Made by a program: the position numbers and the translations under genes
The notes under the pieces: generated by a model
Told to the model about the DNA's origin: nothing
Seen by the model: only the letters and a program-made list of their open reading frames with translations
The model's database searches: none
Origin: Mobula birostris
Taxonomy: Eukaryota
Direction: 5' to 3'
Assembly (NCBI RefSeq): GCF_030028105.1
Contig: NC_092398.1
Location: 25,001,649 to 25,065,648 of the forward strand
Length of the DNA: 64,000 nt
Shown here: piece after piece, positions 36,206-50,800 of the stretch
Numbering within the stretch: the first letter of the stretch is position 1
Layout of the letters: the number at the start of each line of letters is the position of its first letter

Positions 36206-38872
36206 AGGACATAAGCCGGGTAGATGTGGAATCGATATGGGTAGGGCTGCGTAACACTAAGGGGCAGAAGACGGTGGTGGGAGTTGTGTACAGGCCACCT
36301 AACAGTAGTAGTGAGGTCGGAGATGGTATTAAACAGGAAATTAGAAATGTGTGCAATAAAGGAACAGCAGTTACAATGGGTGACTTCAATCTACATGTAG
36401 ATTGGGTGAACCAAATTGGTAAAGGTGCTGAGGAAGAGGATTTCTTGGAATGTATGCGGGATGGTTTTTTGAACCAACATGTCGAGGAACCAACTGGAGA
36501 GCAGGCTATTCTGGACTGGGTTCTGAGCAATGAGGAAGGGTTAATTAGCAATCTTGTCGTGAGAGGCCCTTTGGGTAAGAGTGACCATAATATGGTGGAA
36601 TTCTTCATTAAGATGGAGAGTGACATAGTTAATTCAGAAACAAAGCTTCTGAATTTAAAGAGGGGTAACTTTGAAGGTATGAGACGTGAATTCGCTAAGA
36701 TAGACTGGCAAATGACACTTAAAGGATTGACGGTGGATATGCAATGGCAAGCATTTAAAGGTTGCATGGATGAACTACAACAATTGTTCATCCCAGTTTG
36801 GCAAAAGAATAAATCAAGGAAGGTAGTGCACCCGTGGCTGACAAGAGAAATTAGGATAGTATCAATTCCAAAGAAGAAGCATACAAATTAGCCAGAAAAA
36901 GTAGCTCACCTGAGGACTGGGAAAAATTCAGAGTTCAGCAGAGGAGGACAAAGGGCTTAATTAGGAAGGGGAAAAAAGATTATGAGAGAAAACTGGCAGG
37001 GAACATAAAAACTGACTGTAAAAGCTTTTATAGATATGCAAAAAGGAAAAGACTGGTAAAGACAAATGTGGGTCCCCTACAGACAGAAACAGGTGAAATG
37101 ATTATGGGGAGCAAAGACATGGCAGACCAATTGAATAATTACTTTGGTTCTGTTTTCACTAAGGAGGACATAAATAATCTTCCAGAAATAGTAGGGGACA
37201 GAGGATCTAGTGAGATGGAGGAACTGAGCGAAATACATGTTAGTAGGGAAGTGGTGTGAGGCAAATTGAAGAGATTAAAGGCAGATAAATCCGCAGGGCC
37301 AGATGATCTGCATCCCAGAGTGCTTCAGGAATTAGCCCAAGAAATAGTGGATGCATTAGTGATAATTTTTCAAAACTCTTCAGATTCTAGACTAGTTCTT
37401 GAGGATTGGAGGGTGGCTAATGTAACCTCACTTTTTAAAAAAGCAGGGAGAGAGAAACTGGGGAATTATAGACCGGTTAGCCTAACATCGGTGGTGGGGA
37501 AAATGCTAGAGTCAGTTACCAAAGATGAGATAACAGCACATTTGGAGAGTGGTGAAATCATCGGACAAAGTTAGCATGGATTTGTGAAAGGAAAATCATG
37601 TCTGATGAATCTCATAGAATTTTTTGAGGATGTAACTACTAGAGTGGACAGGGGGAGAACCAGTGCATGTGGAATATTTGGATTTTCAAAAGGCTTTTGA
37701 CAAGGTCCCACACAGGAGATTAGTGTGCAAACTTAAAGCACACGGTATTGGGGGTAAGGTATTGACGTGGATGGAGAATTGGTTAGCAGACAGGAAGCAA
37801 AGAGTGGGAATAAACGGGACCTTTTCAGAATGGCAGGCGGTGACTAGTGGGTACCGCAAGGCTCAGTGCTCGGACCCCAGTTGTTTACAATATATATTAA
37901 TGACTTGGATGAGGGAATTAAATGCAGCATCTCCAAGTTTGCGGATGACACGAAGCTGGGTGGCAGTGTTAGCTGTGAGGAGGATGCTAAGAGAATGCGG
38001 AGTGACTTGGATAGGTTGGGTGAGTGGGCAAATTCATGGCAGATGCAATTTAATGTGGATAAATGTGAAGTTATCCACTTTGGTGGCAAAAATAGGAAAA
38101 CAGATTATTATCTGAATGGTGGCCGATTAGGAAAAGGGGAGGTGCAACGAGACCTGGGTGTCATTATACACCAGTCATTGAAAGTGGGCATGCAGGTACA
38201 GCAGGCGGTGAAAAAGGCGAATGGTATGCTGGCATTTATAGTGAGAGGATTCGAGTACAGTAGCATGGTGGTACTTCTGCAGTTATACAAGGCCTTGGTG
38301 AGACCACACCTGGAGTCTTGTGTGCAGTTTTGGTCCCCTAATCTGAGGAAAGATAACCTTGCCATAGAGGGAGTACAAAGAAGGTTCACCAGATTGATTC
38401 TTGGGATGGCAGGACTTTCATATGAAGAAAGACTGGATGAACTGGGCTTGTACTCGTTGAAATTTAGAAGATTGAGGAGGTATCTGATTGAAACGTATAA
38501 AATCCTAAAGGGATTGGACAGGCTAGATGCAGGAAGATTGTTCCCGATGTTGGGGAAGTCCAGAACAAGGGGTCACAGTTTGAGAATAAAGGGGAAGCCT
38601 TTTAGGACCGAGATTAGGAAAAACTTCTTCACACAGAGAGTGGTGAATCTGTGGAATTCTCTGCCACAGGAAACAGTTGAGGCCAGTTCATTGGCTATAT
38701 TTAAGAGGGAGTGAGATATGGCCCTTGTGGCTACGGGGATCAGGGGGTATGGAGGGAAGGCTGGGGCGGGTTTCTGAGTTGGATGATCAGCCATGATCAT
38801 AATAAATGGCGGTGCAGGCTCGAAGGGCCGAATGGCCTACTCCTGCATTAATTTACTATGTTTCTATGTTTC
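36206..38872 (+). mobile_element. Unit-2 copy of the CR1 LINE
   Basis: Same ORF pieces (36226, 37266, 37866) and the same disablements. Confidence 0.93.
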
Positions 38873-39264
38873 GATGATATTACTGGGGCTCTGCATTTAT
38901 GCACTGGACGATGAAGTTGTTCGGTCTTATGATGTTTATATTCTCTGTTTTCGTCAGTTATTTCTCGTTATTGTGTGGCGTGTTTTGTTACTTCTTTGTG
39001 TGAGCGAAAGGAGTTTGGAGTTTGATGTTCTTGTTCTTGACAGTTTTTTTTGTGCGCGTGTAGGTTTTGATGTTTATCTTTGAATTATTTCCATGCATTT
39101 CTTTGTACTGTGGCTATCTGGAGAAGCCAAATCTCAGAGTTGCACACTGAGTACATAATTTAATAATAAATGAACCTTTGAACGATTTTTGATGCCTGAC
39201 GGGGCGATTTGTGTATCTCAGAGAATGTTGAGCTCATGGGATTATCAGGCACGAGTCTCTAGAG

Positions 39265-40455
39265 CAGGGGTCCCCAATCTATTTTGCACTACGGAGCGGT
39301 TTAATATTGACAATAATCTTGCGGACCGGCCGACCGGGTCGGGGGTGGGTAGGGTTGCCAACATACAAGAGCAGCAGTCAAATACGTTGTGTTCACCCGG
39401 AGAAAGATTTCAATAACCATGAAGCCTCGTGCGAGCACCAGTGCGCATGCATTTACGTGCAGATGCTTTTTTCCCTACAAATTCCTTTTGGCGATTCTGT
39501 TCGGGGCATTTGGGGTTTGTTAACCACGACCGGAATATCGGTAATAACTGCCTAATACACTCAACTTTCTTTCTAAAAGGGTTTATCTAACGGACTTAAT
39601 ATTAAACACACTGCGCATATTTTCCTCACATGAATATAGTGATAAGTCATTTATCAGAGAAGGACAGGGGAGCGTGAAGTAAGTGTTGAACGAACTTCCA
39701 GTAGAAGTGGTAGAGGCAGGTTCGATATTATCATTTAAAGAAAAACTGGAAGGGTGTATGGGTTGGAAAGGGATTGCGGGTTGTGGGCTGAGTGGAGATC
39801 GGTGGACTAGGTGAGAGTAGCGTTCAGAGCGGGCTAGACGGGCAGAAATGGCCTGTTTCCATGCTGTAATTGTTATATGGTTATATAAGTCAACAGCATC
39901 ATAACATTTTAAGTAACGTTTGGATATTAAACACACAGCACATATTTTTCCCGTATAAACATATAAAATCATTGCAACACACCGATATCGCTGAATCAGT
40001 GGGAGCCTTGGACTTGATTCCCTGCAAGGAGACGGTCCTGTCGAGGGGTGATGGGAGACAGCGATACTCGAAGGGGTTTCCTTATGTCCAGTATATTCCG
40101 CAATTTAGTTTTCATTGCATTGATTGCAGAAAAGCCCGCCATCGCAGAGATACTTTGGAAATGGAAGCAGTGTTTTCAGTGCTTTCGTGGCTACCTCAGG
40201 ATATTTAGCCTTGGCTTTGATCCAGAATGCCGGCAGAGATGTTATGTCAAACATACTTTATAGTCCGTCGTCATTTGCAAGCTCGGGGAGTTGATCTCCT
40301 TCCCGCCATGACATAGACGATGCACGGTTAATGACCTCGCGTGCGTAATGGCTCAACAGTGCGTGACAGGGAATGAGGAAAGGTTTCCTCGCGGCCCGCC
40401 GGCACATGCTTTGCGGCCAGGTATCGGTCCGCGGCCCGGTGGTTGGGGACCGCTG
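39265..40455 (-). mobile_element. Unit-2 copy of the inverted non-autonomous hAT
   Basis: Offset 27036 from 12229-13419. Confidence 0.8.
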
Positions 40456-43086
40456 GCCAAAATAAAATTCTAGCGAGTGGAGGGGAATCTGCACGTAAAC
40501 GCATGTGCACTGGTGCCCGCGCAAGGCTTCATGGACATTGAAGTCTTTCTCGGGGTAAACTCAACGTATTTGAGTGCTATTCTTGTCCGTTGGCAACCCT
40601 ACTCCCCACAACCACCCGCGCCCCACCCACTCCCCCGCCCCCCGCCGCCGTCGGCCGGTCCGCAAGAATATTGTCAATATTAAACCGGTCCACAGTGCAA
40701 AAAAAATGTTTGGGGACCCCTGCATTCATCCCTACTCTTTTTTTCCTCTCTGTCAACCAATTTTCTATCCCTGTCAGTACCCTACCCCCAATAACATTTG
40801 CTCTAATTTTGCACACGAACCTCGAAGTGGCTTTCTGAAAGTCCAGGTACAGTACATCCACTGGCTTTCCCATATCCATTTTTAAAGTTACATTCTCAAA
40901 AAAAATCCAGAAGATTAGTCAAGCATCATTTCCCTTTCGTAAATCCATGCTGACTCGGACCTATCCTGCCACTGCTATCCAAATATTCCACTTTTACATC
41001 TTTTATACTTAATTCCAGTATCTTCCCCACCACTGATGTCAGACTAACTGGTCTATAATTGCCTGTTTTCTCTCTCCCTCCTTTCTTAAAAAGTGGGATA
41101 ACATTAGCTACCCTCCAATCCTTAGGGGATGATCCTGAATCTATAGAACATTGGAAAATAATTACCAATGCGTCCAGTGTAAAATTAAGTTGCAATGTAA
41201 ATTGAAAAGCGTGAATACAGGACTGAAGGTGTCATATCTGAAAGCATGCAGTACACTAGAATAAGGTCGATGAAGTTGTAGCACAGTTAGAGATCGGCAG
41301 GTATGATGTTGTAAACATCACGGAATCATGGCTGAAAGAAGATCATACCTGGGAGATTAATGTCCAACTGTACACATTGTATAGAAAGGACAGGCAGAAA
41401 GCCAGAGGAGCCAGTATTCTTCTGTTGGTAAAAAATGTAATTTAATCATTAGAAATGGTTGACATAGGGTCGGCAGGTGTTGAATCATTGTGGATAGAGC
41501 TTAGAAACTGCAAGGGGTATAAAGAGCCTGATAGGAGTTTTATACAGAAACCCCCAAAAGGATCAAACGGGGTATAGAAAATGCATTCCAAAAGGGTAAC
41601 CTTACAATAGTCATGGGGGATTATAATACGTAGGTAGATTGGGTTGCTGAGGGATTCCAAGGGGGAAATTCCAGAATGCCTATGGGATGGTTTTTTCAGA
41701 GCTGCTCGTGGTTGAGCCACGAAAGGAGAATCTATGGATGTTGTGTACTTGGGTTTTCAGAAGGCCATTGACAAGGTGCCACACGTGAGGCTGCTTGGTA
41801 AGCTACGAGCTCATGGTATTACAGGAAAGATTCCAGCATGGATAAAGCAGTGGCTGACTGGCAGGAGGCAAAGACTAGGAATAAAGGGGGCTTTTCTGGT
41901 GGCTGCCGGTAACTACTGGTGTTCCACGGGGTCTGTGTTAGGACCGATTCTTCTTACATTATATGTTAATGATTTGGATGATGGATTTAATAGCTTTGTT
42001 GCAACATTGCAGACGATACGCAGATAGGTGGAGGGGCAGATAGTTTTGCAGAAATATAGAGGCTACAGAAGTACTTAGACATATTAGGAGAATGGACAAA
42101 GAGGTGTCAGGTGGAATACAGTGTCGGGAAGTGTTTGGTCATATACTTCGATAGAAGAAGTGAAAGGGTTGACTCTTTTCCAAGTGCAGAGAAAATACAA
42201 AATCTGAGGCACAAAGGGACTTCGGAGTCCTTGTGCAGGATTCTCTGAAGCTCAATTTGCAGGTTGAGACTGTGGTGAGGAAGTCAAATGCAATATTAGA
42301 ATTAATTTCAAGAGGACTAGAATATAAAAGCAAGGATGTAATATTGAGACTTTATAAGGCACTGGTAAGGCTTCACTTTGCGGTGAATCGGTGGATTTCG
42401 TTGCCACAGGCGGCTGCGGAGGCCAAGTCTTTATATATATTTAAGGCAAAGGTTGAAAGTTTCTTGATTGGTCAGGGCATGAAGGGATACGGGGAGAAGG
42501 TAGGAGATTGGGACTGAGAGGATAAACACATCAGTCATGATAAAATGCCAGGGCAGACTCAACGGGTCAAATGGCCTAATTGTGCTCCTATATTTAGTGG
42601 TTTTGTCGTCAATGATTTGCAGAGTGTTGATGCACTCGAACTGTACCATCGGCTTCAGAGGACGATGGAGTCAGGCGTTTATCGATGGCCTATGCCCAAG
42701 TGAGTATGTAAGGTGAGTGAGTAAGGGTGTCAAAGGTGACAGGGAGAAAGTAGGAAAATCGATTTGATGGGGGCATTAAATCAACCATGATGGGGTGATG
42801 GAGCAGGCTCGATGGACTGAATGGCCTAAACCTGCTCCTCGGTCTTATTCTCACTGAGCAAAAACAGCCTCGTCCCTTCCTTCAGTTTTTTTGGAACCCA
42901 ACCTTGTTATTCTATTTTTTTCACTTCTGAGTTGTTTTGAACATTTATACTAATCTTTTTATGTCTTTGCTCCGACCTTCACGTCACAGAAGTCAGTGAT
43001 GATAAATCTGATTTGAGAATAGTGCAGAGACGGTTTCCCAGTTTAACCCACATTGATGAATCTCTGTAAGCCTCTCAGCCACTTGC

Positions 43087-43200
43087 CCTTTGACGTGCAG
43101 CAGTACAAGATTCCAGTCACCACCATTGCGCACAGCCCGAGTATCCCCAGGACAGCTCCAACAATCATCAAAGCTTCATTCTCAACCAGTGCGTTGTGTT
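43087..43200 (-). other. Second copy of the putative TM exon
   Basis: Appears identical to 16059-16172, including the GC donor. Confidence 0.7.
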
Positions 43201-46200
43201 CTGAGGAGAAAACGTTGGAGGTTCTGTCGTTGTGTTAAGTCATGTTTCATATCATATCATTAAGTTCAAGATTAATTTATTATCAGAGTACTTACGTATA
43301 TGTCAACCTATGCAACTCTGAGGTTCATTTTCCTGTTGGCATACTGGGCAAGTCTATAGAGTAGTAACTAGAACGGGATCAATGAACGATCAACTTGACT
43401 GCAGAAGACAACAAACTGTGCCACTGTGCTGTGCAATAAATAAATAGCATCAAATAACCAGAAACTGCGATAAAGAGTCCTTAAAGAGAGATCATTGGTT
43501 GTAGGAGCATCTTAATGGATGGACAAGTGAGTGTAATCAAGAGCCCGATGGCTGAGGGGTCGTAACTGATTCTGAAATTGGTGGTGTGAGTCCCGAGGCT
43601 CCTGTACCTTCCACTTGATGGCGGCAGCGAGAGAAGTGTATGGCCTGGGTGGTGGGGATCTCTGACAAAGAATACTGCTTTCTTACAATGTTGTTTCATG
43701 TAGATGTGATCAATGGTTGGGAGGGCTTCACCCATGATGTACTGTACCAAATCCACTATCTTTTGTAGGATTTTCCACTCAAAGGCATTGGTGTTTCCAT
43801 ACCAGTCTGTAATGCAGCCAGTCAATTCACATCTAGAAAAGTTTGTCAAAGTTTCAGTGTCAGGTCAAATCTCCAGTGACTTCTAAGGAAGTAGGGACAA
43901 GTCTACTTCCTTAAGAGGTGACTTGTTGTGAGCATCTCCCATGCGAATCATCAAATATTCCCATTGTTCAGGACTACAACAGCTGAAATGCGTGGTCACG
44001 GCTATGGATACTTCAGTAAATAACACATTTCACAACGTATCCCAAAGATACTAAACCTGATTCTGTTTTGTAAAGGCATGTTCAATGTACGAGGAGCAGG
44101 GGCAGCGCTAAGGTGGTGCTCGCTGGGGCTATAGCATCAGCAGAAATTGCAATAGCTCCACCATAGCACCACCAAGAAATTAACTGCAGCTGCTTTGCTT
44201 TCTCTGTATAGTTTTTAAAACAGCTTGTTTCCCCAGTTGATCTAATGAAACAGCACCCCCAATTACCGTAGCAACCACGCAGCAATATAGTTATAAACTC
44301 TCTCAGATCCACTCTACACTTCTGCTTATTCGTTCGTTGTCAATGTCTTGCAGTTGCGTTCCTCAGATCAGTTAAGCTGATCTAAGGTCACTTAAGGTGG
44401 TGACGTCACTCACTCTCCCTCACGCGAGAGATTGATAGTATACATCCAGGCGCAGATCCGTTGTCTCGCGAGACTAACAGATGCCACACGCGCACACTGT
44501 GCTTTTACAAGCGAGCGTGGGCCTGGCACGTGCATTATTTTGGCCGGCGTGAAAAATTGATCGACTTTTAATCAGAAAACGACCTCATCCAGAGGAATCA
44601 GTGGTGTCTCTGCCTGAGCATGTCTCAATTGAAAGTGACATGCAGAAAGAAGTAAGTGGGGATGAGGACGACAGCAGCTCATCGAAGGAGTGTGAGGGCG
44701 AAGTAGAGGAACAGGAAATGGAGCGGGATTCGGAAGAGAACGTGGATGAAGCTGCTCTTAGTGTGAGTGGAAATACTGTTAGCGGTGATAGCCAGCAGCC
44801 TGAGGAAAGACCCCGTCGGCCAGCATTGAAAAAGTACCCTTCGCACAGTTTGGCAATCACAAAGGAGTATTCGTAGCTGGTTTGACCTGTACTCCTTGCT
44901 GGAAAATTCAATCACAAAAGATGTTACATTCTGCTTCGCCTGCAGACATTTCCTGTGTGGAGGACCTGGGTTTTATTCTGAGTCTACCTTCACTGTCACA
45001 GATTACCGCAACTGGCGGAAAGCTACAACAGCTTTCAAAACCCACCACCTAAGTGCAGCTCATAAGTTGGCTATGGAGGCATGGGCCGAATTCAGATTGA
45101 GAAAACAAGACGGTTCAAGATTGGGAAATATGCTTGATAAAAGACATGCAAACAATGTCCAAGGAAGTCGTGAGTATATGTGAGCAGTGGTTGAGTCTCT
45201 ACGCTATCCTGCGTGCCAAGGCATTACCCAGCGAGGATACCTGGAGAATGATGGATCTGGCAATAGGGGAAACTTTGTTGAGTCGCTCAGTGTAATTGGG
45301 AAGTTTGATAAGACTGTAGCTAAAAAGAAGAATAGAGGACAATCCTGGAAATGCAAAAAACACCCACCACCATATCCAAAATGAAATTATGAGTATTACG
45401 GCAGATATGGTCGGACGTCAAATAAGTGCAGAAATCAAGGAGGCTGGATATTTTGCCAGCATGGTGGTTGAAAGTAAGGACTTGAGTAAAAAGGAGCAAG
45501 TATCAGTGCTGGTGCGGTATTTGAATAAAGAAACAGTGGTTGAAGAATTCTTGCACTTCTCTCCAGCAGAAGGGTTGGACGCAGAGTCGCTTCTTAAAAG
45601 CATTGAACAGACGCTCGCCCAGTGTGTAATTGATAAGAACGCGTGTATAGGTCAGTGTTATGACGGGGCGGCAGTGATGTCCGGGTGCAATAACGGGGTA
45701 CAAGAGAGGCATTATATATACACTGCCACGCTCACAGACTTAACCTTGGTTTAGTGGATGTTGTGAGCAATGTACCAGAAGCGGGTGAGTTTTTTTGAAA
45801 CTGTGCAGCTGCTTTGCAACTTCTTTTCAAACTCTGTTGCCCACGATCTTTTCATGAAGAAACACAGAGAATTGGAATCAGCTGCACAGCCGTGGAGTTG
45901 AAGAAATTGCCAGATACACACTGGGCATGGCGGTATACAGCTTTGTGGGCTATAAGGAAATCACTCTCCGCCATTCTAGCTACACTACAGGATATTATGG
46001 GTCACCAAATGCACGGAGGAAAACGGAGGCTAGAGCTTTAAGTGGACTGATTGACGCGCAGTTTGCTTTACTTCTCACTCTGTTTGAGGATTTATTTCGA
46101 GTCACTAAGTTCATGTCAGACCAGCTACAATCTCCCAGTTTGGAGCTTTCATCCGCTGTGGACTTGGCTCAGTCTGTTATCGATGCACTCTCAGCAAAAC

Positions 46201-47542
46201 GGAGAGAGGAATCATGGAGTGAAATTCAGACAAGAGCTAGGGACCTGTGCGTCAAGGTCAGTATACAGAGCAGAGCACATGAAAGGAGACGGGCCCAGCC
46301 ACCCCGCCGCCTGCATCATTTTGTTGTTGAGGCCCGAACTGAACGCACACCTGTCACATCCTATGATGACCTTCGCAGCCACTGTTTCTATCCAGTTATA
46401 GACAGACTTCTGACTGAAATGAAAAGACGTTCTCAATTGAGACTGGGGGTGTTCTGACTGGAGTCTTGGCATTGACTCCCAAACATAAGTTCTTCCTAGA
46501 CAAGAATTGTCTTTGGCCAATGGCTCAATACTATGGAGTGACTGAAGTGAACCTGACTGCAGAGCTACATCAGGTTCGACGTCTGCTGGAAACAAAACAA
46601 AAGGAAGGACAGACAATGAATGACACAGTGGAATTTCTAGCTCTAATGAGACCCGACGGCGATGCATTTATAGATCTATACAAACTAATCTGCATATCAC
46701 TGACTCTGCCTGTTACATCTGCCTCATGCGAACGGAGTTTCTCTTGCCTCAGACGCGTCAAAAACTACTTAAGGAACAGCAGCGGCGATGCTCGGAACAG
46801 CAACTTGGTTCTGTTGGCCATAAACAGCCGGAGGACCAAAGCACGTGACATCCAGAAAATCATTGATGCTTTCGCCACCAATCACAACAACAGACGGATT
46901 TTGCTTGTCTGAAAATATTAATGGTGAGTGCAGTTGCTTTTTTAAAAATTTGGGCCAAGACTAATGCTGATTATTATTATTATTTTGTGGTGGATACCTC
47001 ATAATCCTTATGTTTCCTGCAGATCCTAAAATATTACATTCACTGCTATTAAGCCTACTTGTTTTACTTCGACTTCCAAACGGCGATTCTGTTGATTTTT
47101 GTTTTAAATTCGGTAGCCGAACTAATTGAGGTATTCCATGGTCAGGGTACGATTTGTCCAACGCCTCGTCAAGCCTTGCATCTGTCGTTTTCCTTATTTG
47201 ACTTTAATAACGGTGTATCTTTTAGCATTGCTGTCTATGTAATGCGAATAGCAGTGGGTTCGTTTTGTGTTTTCACTTGAAAAGCACGCATTTGACGCTG
47301 ATTGCGGGATTGGTGCGTGATTCACGTTGTCCGCTGTTGCTCGGATACTGTTTGTTTTTTTTGTTTATGCTCCGTGTAGCCCAGGTTGTCCTCGATGCCG
47401 TGTGACACTGTAACAGTTCACTTCCAGATTAGATCTATCAATTGCTTTTGCTTGTGAATCAATAGAGGCATTTACAGTAGGCACATAATGCTTGAAACTG
47501 ACTTTTTAACGCCACGCGTCTGGCCTTGGGAAAACAAATTAT

Positions 47543-47829
47543 TGTAGCGGTGTGCTACACACAGCGCTAGAATAACCACACGGAGTCGGTGAGTTAGAGT
47601 TGCGATGAAATAGATTTATTCAAACTTCGCGGTCTGCTTTTAAAGCCTTCCCATTCCCGCCCGCCCTGGGGCGGGACTGCTGTGGGGAATGCATTTTCCC
47701 AGACCCTTTCTGTGCGCGGGATTTTCCCCCTGCTGGTGAAGGTGGCCTGGCGCCCTTTCTGGTGCCGGCCCTCTGCCTACGCGCGCTGTTGTGAGCCGGT
47801 TCGTGTGCGCTAGAGAGTGGGTCGCCACA
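47543..47829 (-). repeat. 3' LTR (287 bp)
   Basis: tgtagcgg...gtcgccaca. I counted 12 mismatches against the other LTR (~96% identity). Confidence 0.95.
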
Positions 47830-47832
47830 TAA

Positions 47833-47846
47833 CCCCCCCCCACCCC
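47833..47846 (-). promoter_or_regulatory. Polypurine tract
   Basis: G-rich ggggtggggggggg run on the minus strand just before the 3' LTR. Confidence 0.8.
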
Positions 47847-47849
47847 AGA

Positions 47850-50800
47850 ACCGGCGATACCTCCCCCAATGTCCACCGTCTGGGTCAGCCTCTGTTTGGG
47901 AAGTCTGCCCGTGCGCCGAGGTGCCTGAGCCTGGACCGGCTGTGCCAATTCCACATGGGCCGGTTTGAGTCGGTCCACCGTGAAAACCTCCTCTCTCCCC
48001 CCAACGTCTAGCACGAACGTGGACCCGTTGTTCCTGGTCACCTTAAACGGCCCCTCGTAGGGCCGCTGTAGCGGTGCCCGGTGTCCGCCCCGTCGTACAA
48101 AAAGAAACTCACAGTTCTGCAGGTCTTTGGGTACGCAGGTCGGGCTCTGTCCGTGCTGTGAAATGGGGATGGGAGCCAGGTTACCGAGCCTCTCATATAG
48201 TCTGTCCAGGACTGCTGCGGGTTTTTCCTCTTGCCCCCTTGGGGCTGGTATGAACTCTCCTGGGACTACCAGGGGTGCGCCGTACACCAACTCAGCCGAC
48301 GAGGTGTGCAGATCCTCTTTGGGCGCCGTGCGGATTCCGAGCAGGACCCAGAGAAGTTTGTCCACCCAGTTAGGCCCTCCAGGCGGGCCATGAGAGCCGA
48401 CTTCAGGTGACGGTGGAAACGCTCCACTAGTCCGTTCGACTGTGGGTGGTAGGCAGTTGTGTGGTGTAGCTGTGATCCTAAAAGGTTGGCCATAGCCGAC
48501 CACATGCTGGAGGTGAACTGGGCGCCCCTGTCGGAGGTAATGTGGGCCGGTACCCCGAAGCGGGCTACCCAGGTTGTGATCAGTGCTCGGGCGCAGGATT
48601 CGGAGGCGGTGTTGGTGAACGAGACTGCCTCTGGCCATCTGGTGAACCGGTCTATCATAGTTAGGAGATACCGCGCTCCTCGCGACACTGGCAGGGGCCC
48701 CACGATATCCACATGGATGTGGTCGAACCTCCGGCGGGTGAGTTCGAACTGCTACGGCGGAGCCTTGGTGTGCCGCTGCACCTTGGCCGTTTGGCACTGC
48801 ATGCACGTTTTGGCCCATTCCCTGACCTGTTTACGAAGCCCATGCCACACGAACCTGTTGGCGACCAGCCGGATGGTTGTCCTGATGGAGGGGTGCGCTA
48901 AGTTGTGAATGGATTCGAAAACCCGCCGGCGCCAGGCTGCTGGGACGACGGGGCGGGGTTGGCCGGTAGCTACGTCACATAGTAGGGTCCTCTCACCTGG
49001 GCCTACGGGGAGGTCTTGGAGCTGCAAACTGGAGACTGCAGTCCTGTAACTGGGGATCTCAGCGTCTCCCTGCTGTGCCTCTGCCAGCGCTGCATAGTCC
49101 ACCCTCTGGGATAGGGCCTGTATGGTAGGTCTGGATAGTGCGTCTGCCACAACGTTGCCCTTTCCAGAGACATGCCGGATGACCGTCGTGTGCTCGGAGA
49201 TGTAGGACAGATGTCGCTGCTAGCGGGACGACCAGGGGTCGGACACCTTCGTGAACGCAAAGGTAAGCGGTTTGTGGTCTGTGAACGCGGTGAAGGGCCT
49301 AAGAAGTACCTGAAATGCCGGATTGCCAGGTATAGTGCCAATAGCTCCCCGTCGAAAGCACTGTATTTGAGTTCAGGTGGTCGTACGTGTTTGCTGAAGA
49401 ACACCAGGGGTTGCCAGCGACCCTCGATGAGTTGTTCCAGCACTCCACCGACTGCTGTGTTGGATGCGTCCACCGTGAGGGCAGTAGGAACGTCCGTTCT
49501 GGAGTGCACTAGCATCACGGCGTTTGCCAAGACTTCTTTGGTTTTAACGAAAGCGGTTGCGACCTCTTCGGTCCAGGTAATGTCCTTGCCCTTACCCGAC
49601 ATTAGAGTGAACAGGGGGCGCATGGTTCGGGCTGCTGAGGGGAGGAAACGGTGGTAGAAATTCACTATACCCACGAATTCCTGCAAGCTTTTGATTGTGT
49701 TGGGTCGGGGGAAAGTTGCGGACTGCGTCTACCTTGGCGGGCAGCGGTGTTGCCCCGTCTTTAGTAATCCTGTGGCCCAGGAAGTCGATGGTATCGAGTC
49801 CGAACTGGCATTTGGCTGGGTTGATTGCAAGGCCGAATTCGCTCAGGCGGGAGTAGAGCTGGCGGAGGTGGAACAGATGCTCCTGCCGACTACTGCTGGC
49901 TATGAGGATGTCGTCCAAATAGATGAATGCAAAGTCCAGGTCGCGTCCCACTGCGTCCATTAACCGCTGGAAAGTCTGTGCGGCATTCTTTAGACCAAAC
50001 GGCATTCGGAGGAATTCGAAAAGTCCGAACGGGGTGATAAGTGCTATTTTGGGGATGTCGTCCGGATGTACAGGGATTTGATGGTATCCCCGGACGAGGT
50101 CTACCTTGGAAAAGATCCTTGCGCCGTGTAGGTTTGCTGCGAAGTCTTGAATGTGTGGCACAGGGTAGCGGTCTGTCGTTGTAGCCTCGTTCAGCCTGCG
50201 GTAGTCACCGCATGGTCTCCAGCCCCACGTTGCCTTGGGCACCATGTGCAGGGGGGAGGCCCATGGGCTGTCGGACCGTCGTATGATCCCCAATTTCTCC
50301 ATCTTCTTGAACTCCTCCTTCGCCAGTCGGAGCTTGTCCGGGGGAAGCCTTCGAGCACGGGCATGGAGGGGTGGTCCCTGGGTCGGGATGTGGTGCCGTA
50401 CTCCGTGTCTGGGCATGGCTGCCGTGAACTGCGGTGTCAGTACTGATGGGAAATCCGCCAGGACCCTGGTGAATTCATCGTTGGACAGTGTGATGGAGTC
50501 CAGGTGTGGGGCTGGCAACTTTGCTTCACCCAGGGAGAACGTTTGAAAAGTCTTGGTGTGGACGAGTCGCTTCCCTTGCAGGTCGACCAGCAGGCTGTGG
50601 GCTCGCAGAAAATCCGCCCCCAGGAGTGGTTGGGCCACGGAGGCCAGTGTGAAGTCCCACGTGAACCGGCTGGAGCTGAACTGTAGCCGCACCGTGCGGG
50701 TGCCATAGGTTCGTATTGTGCTGCCATTTGCGGCCCTCAGGGTGGGTCCCGGTTCTCTGTTGCGGGTGTCGTAACTCGTTGGAGGTAAAACACTGATCTC

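Noticed and set aside
47640-48818. 392-aa ORF as a novel gene or env-like third ORF
   Set aside because: It is an off-frame read of integrase that enters the true integrase C-terminus after a frameshift and runs on into the LTR.
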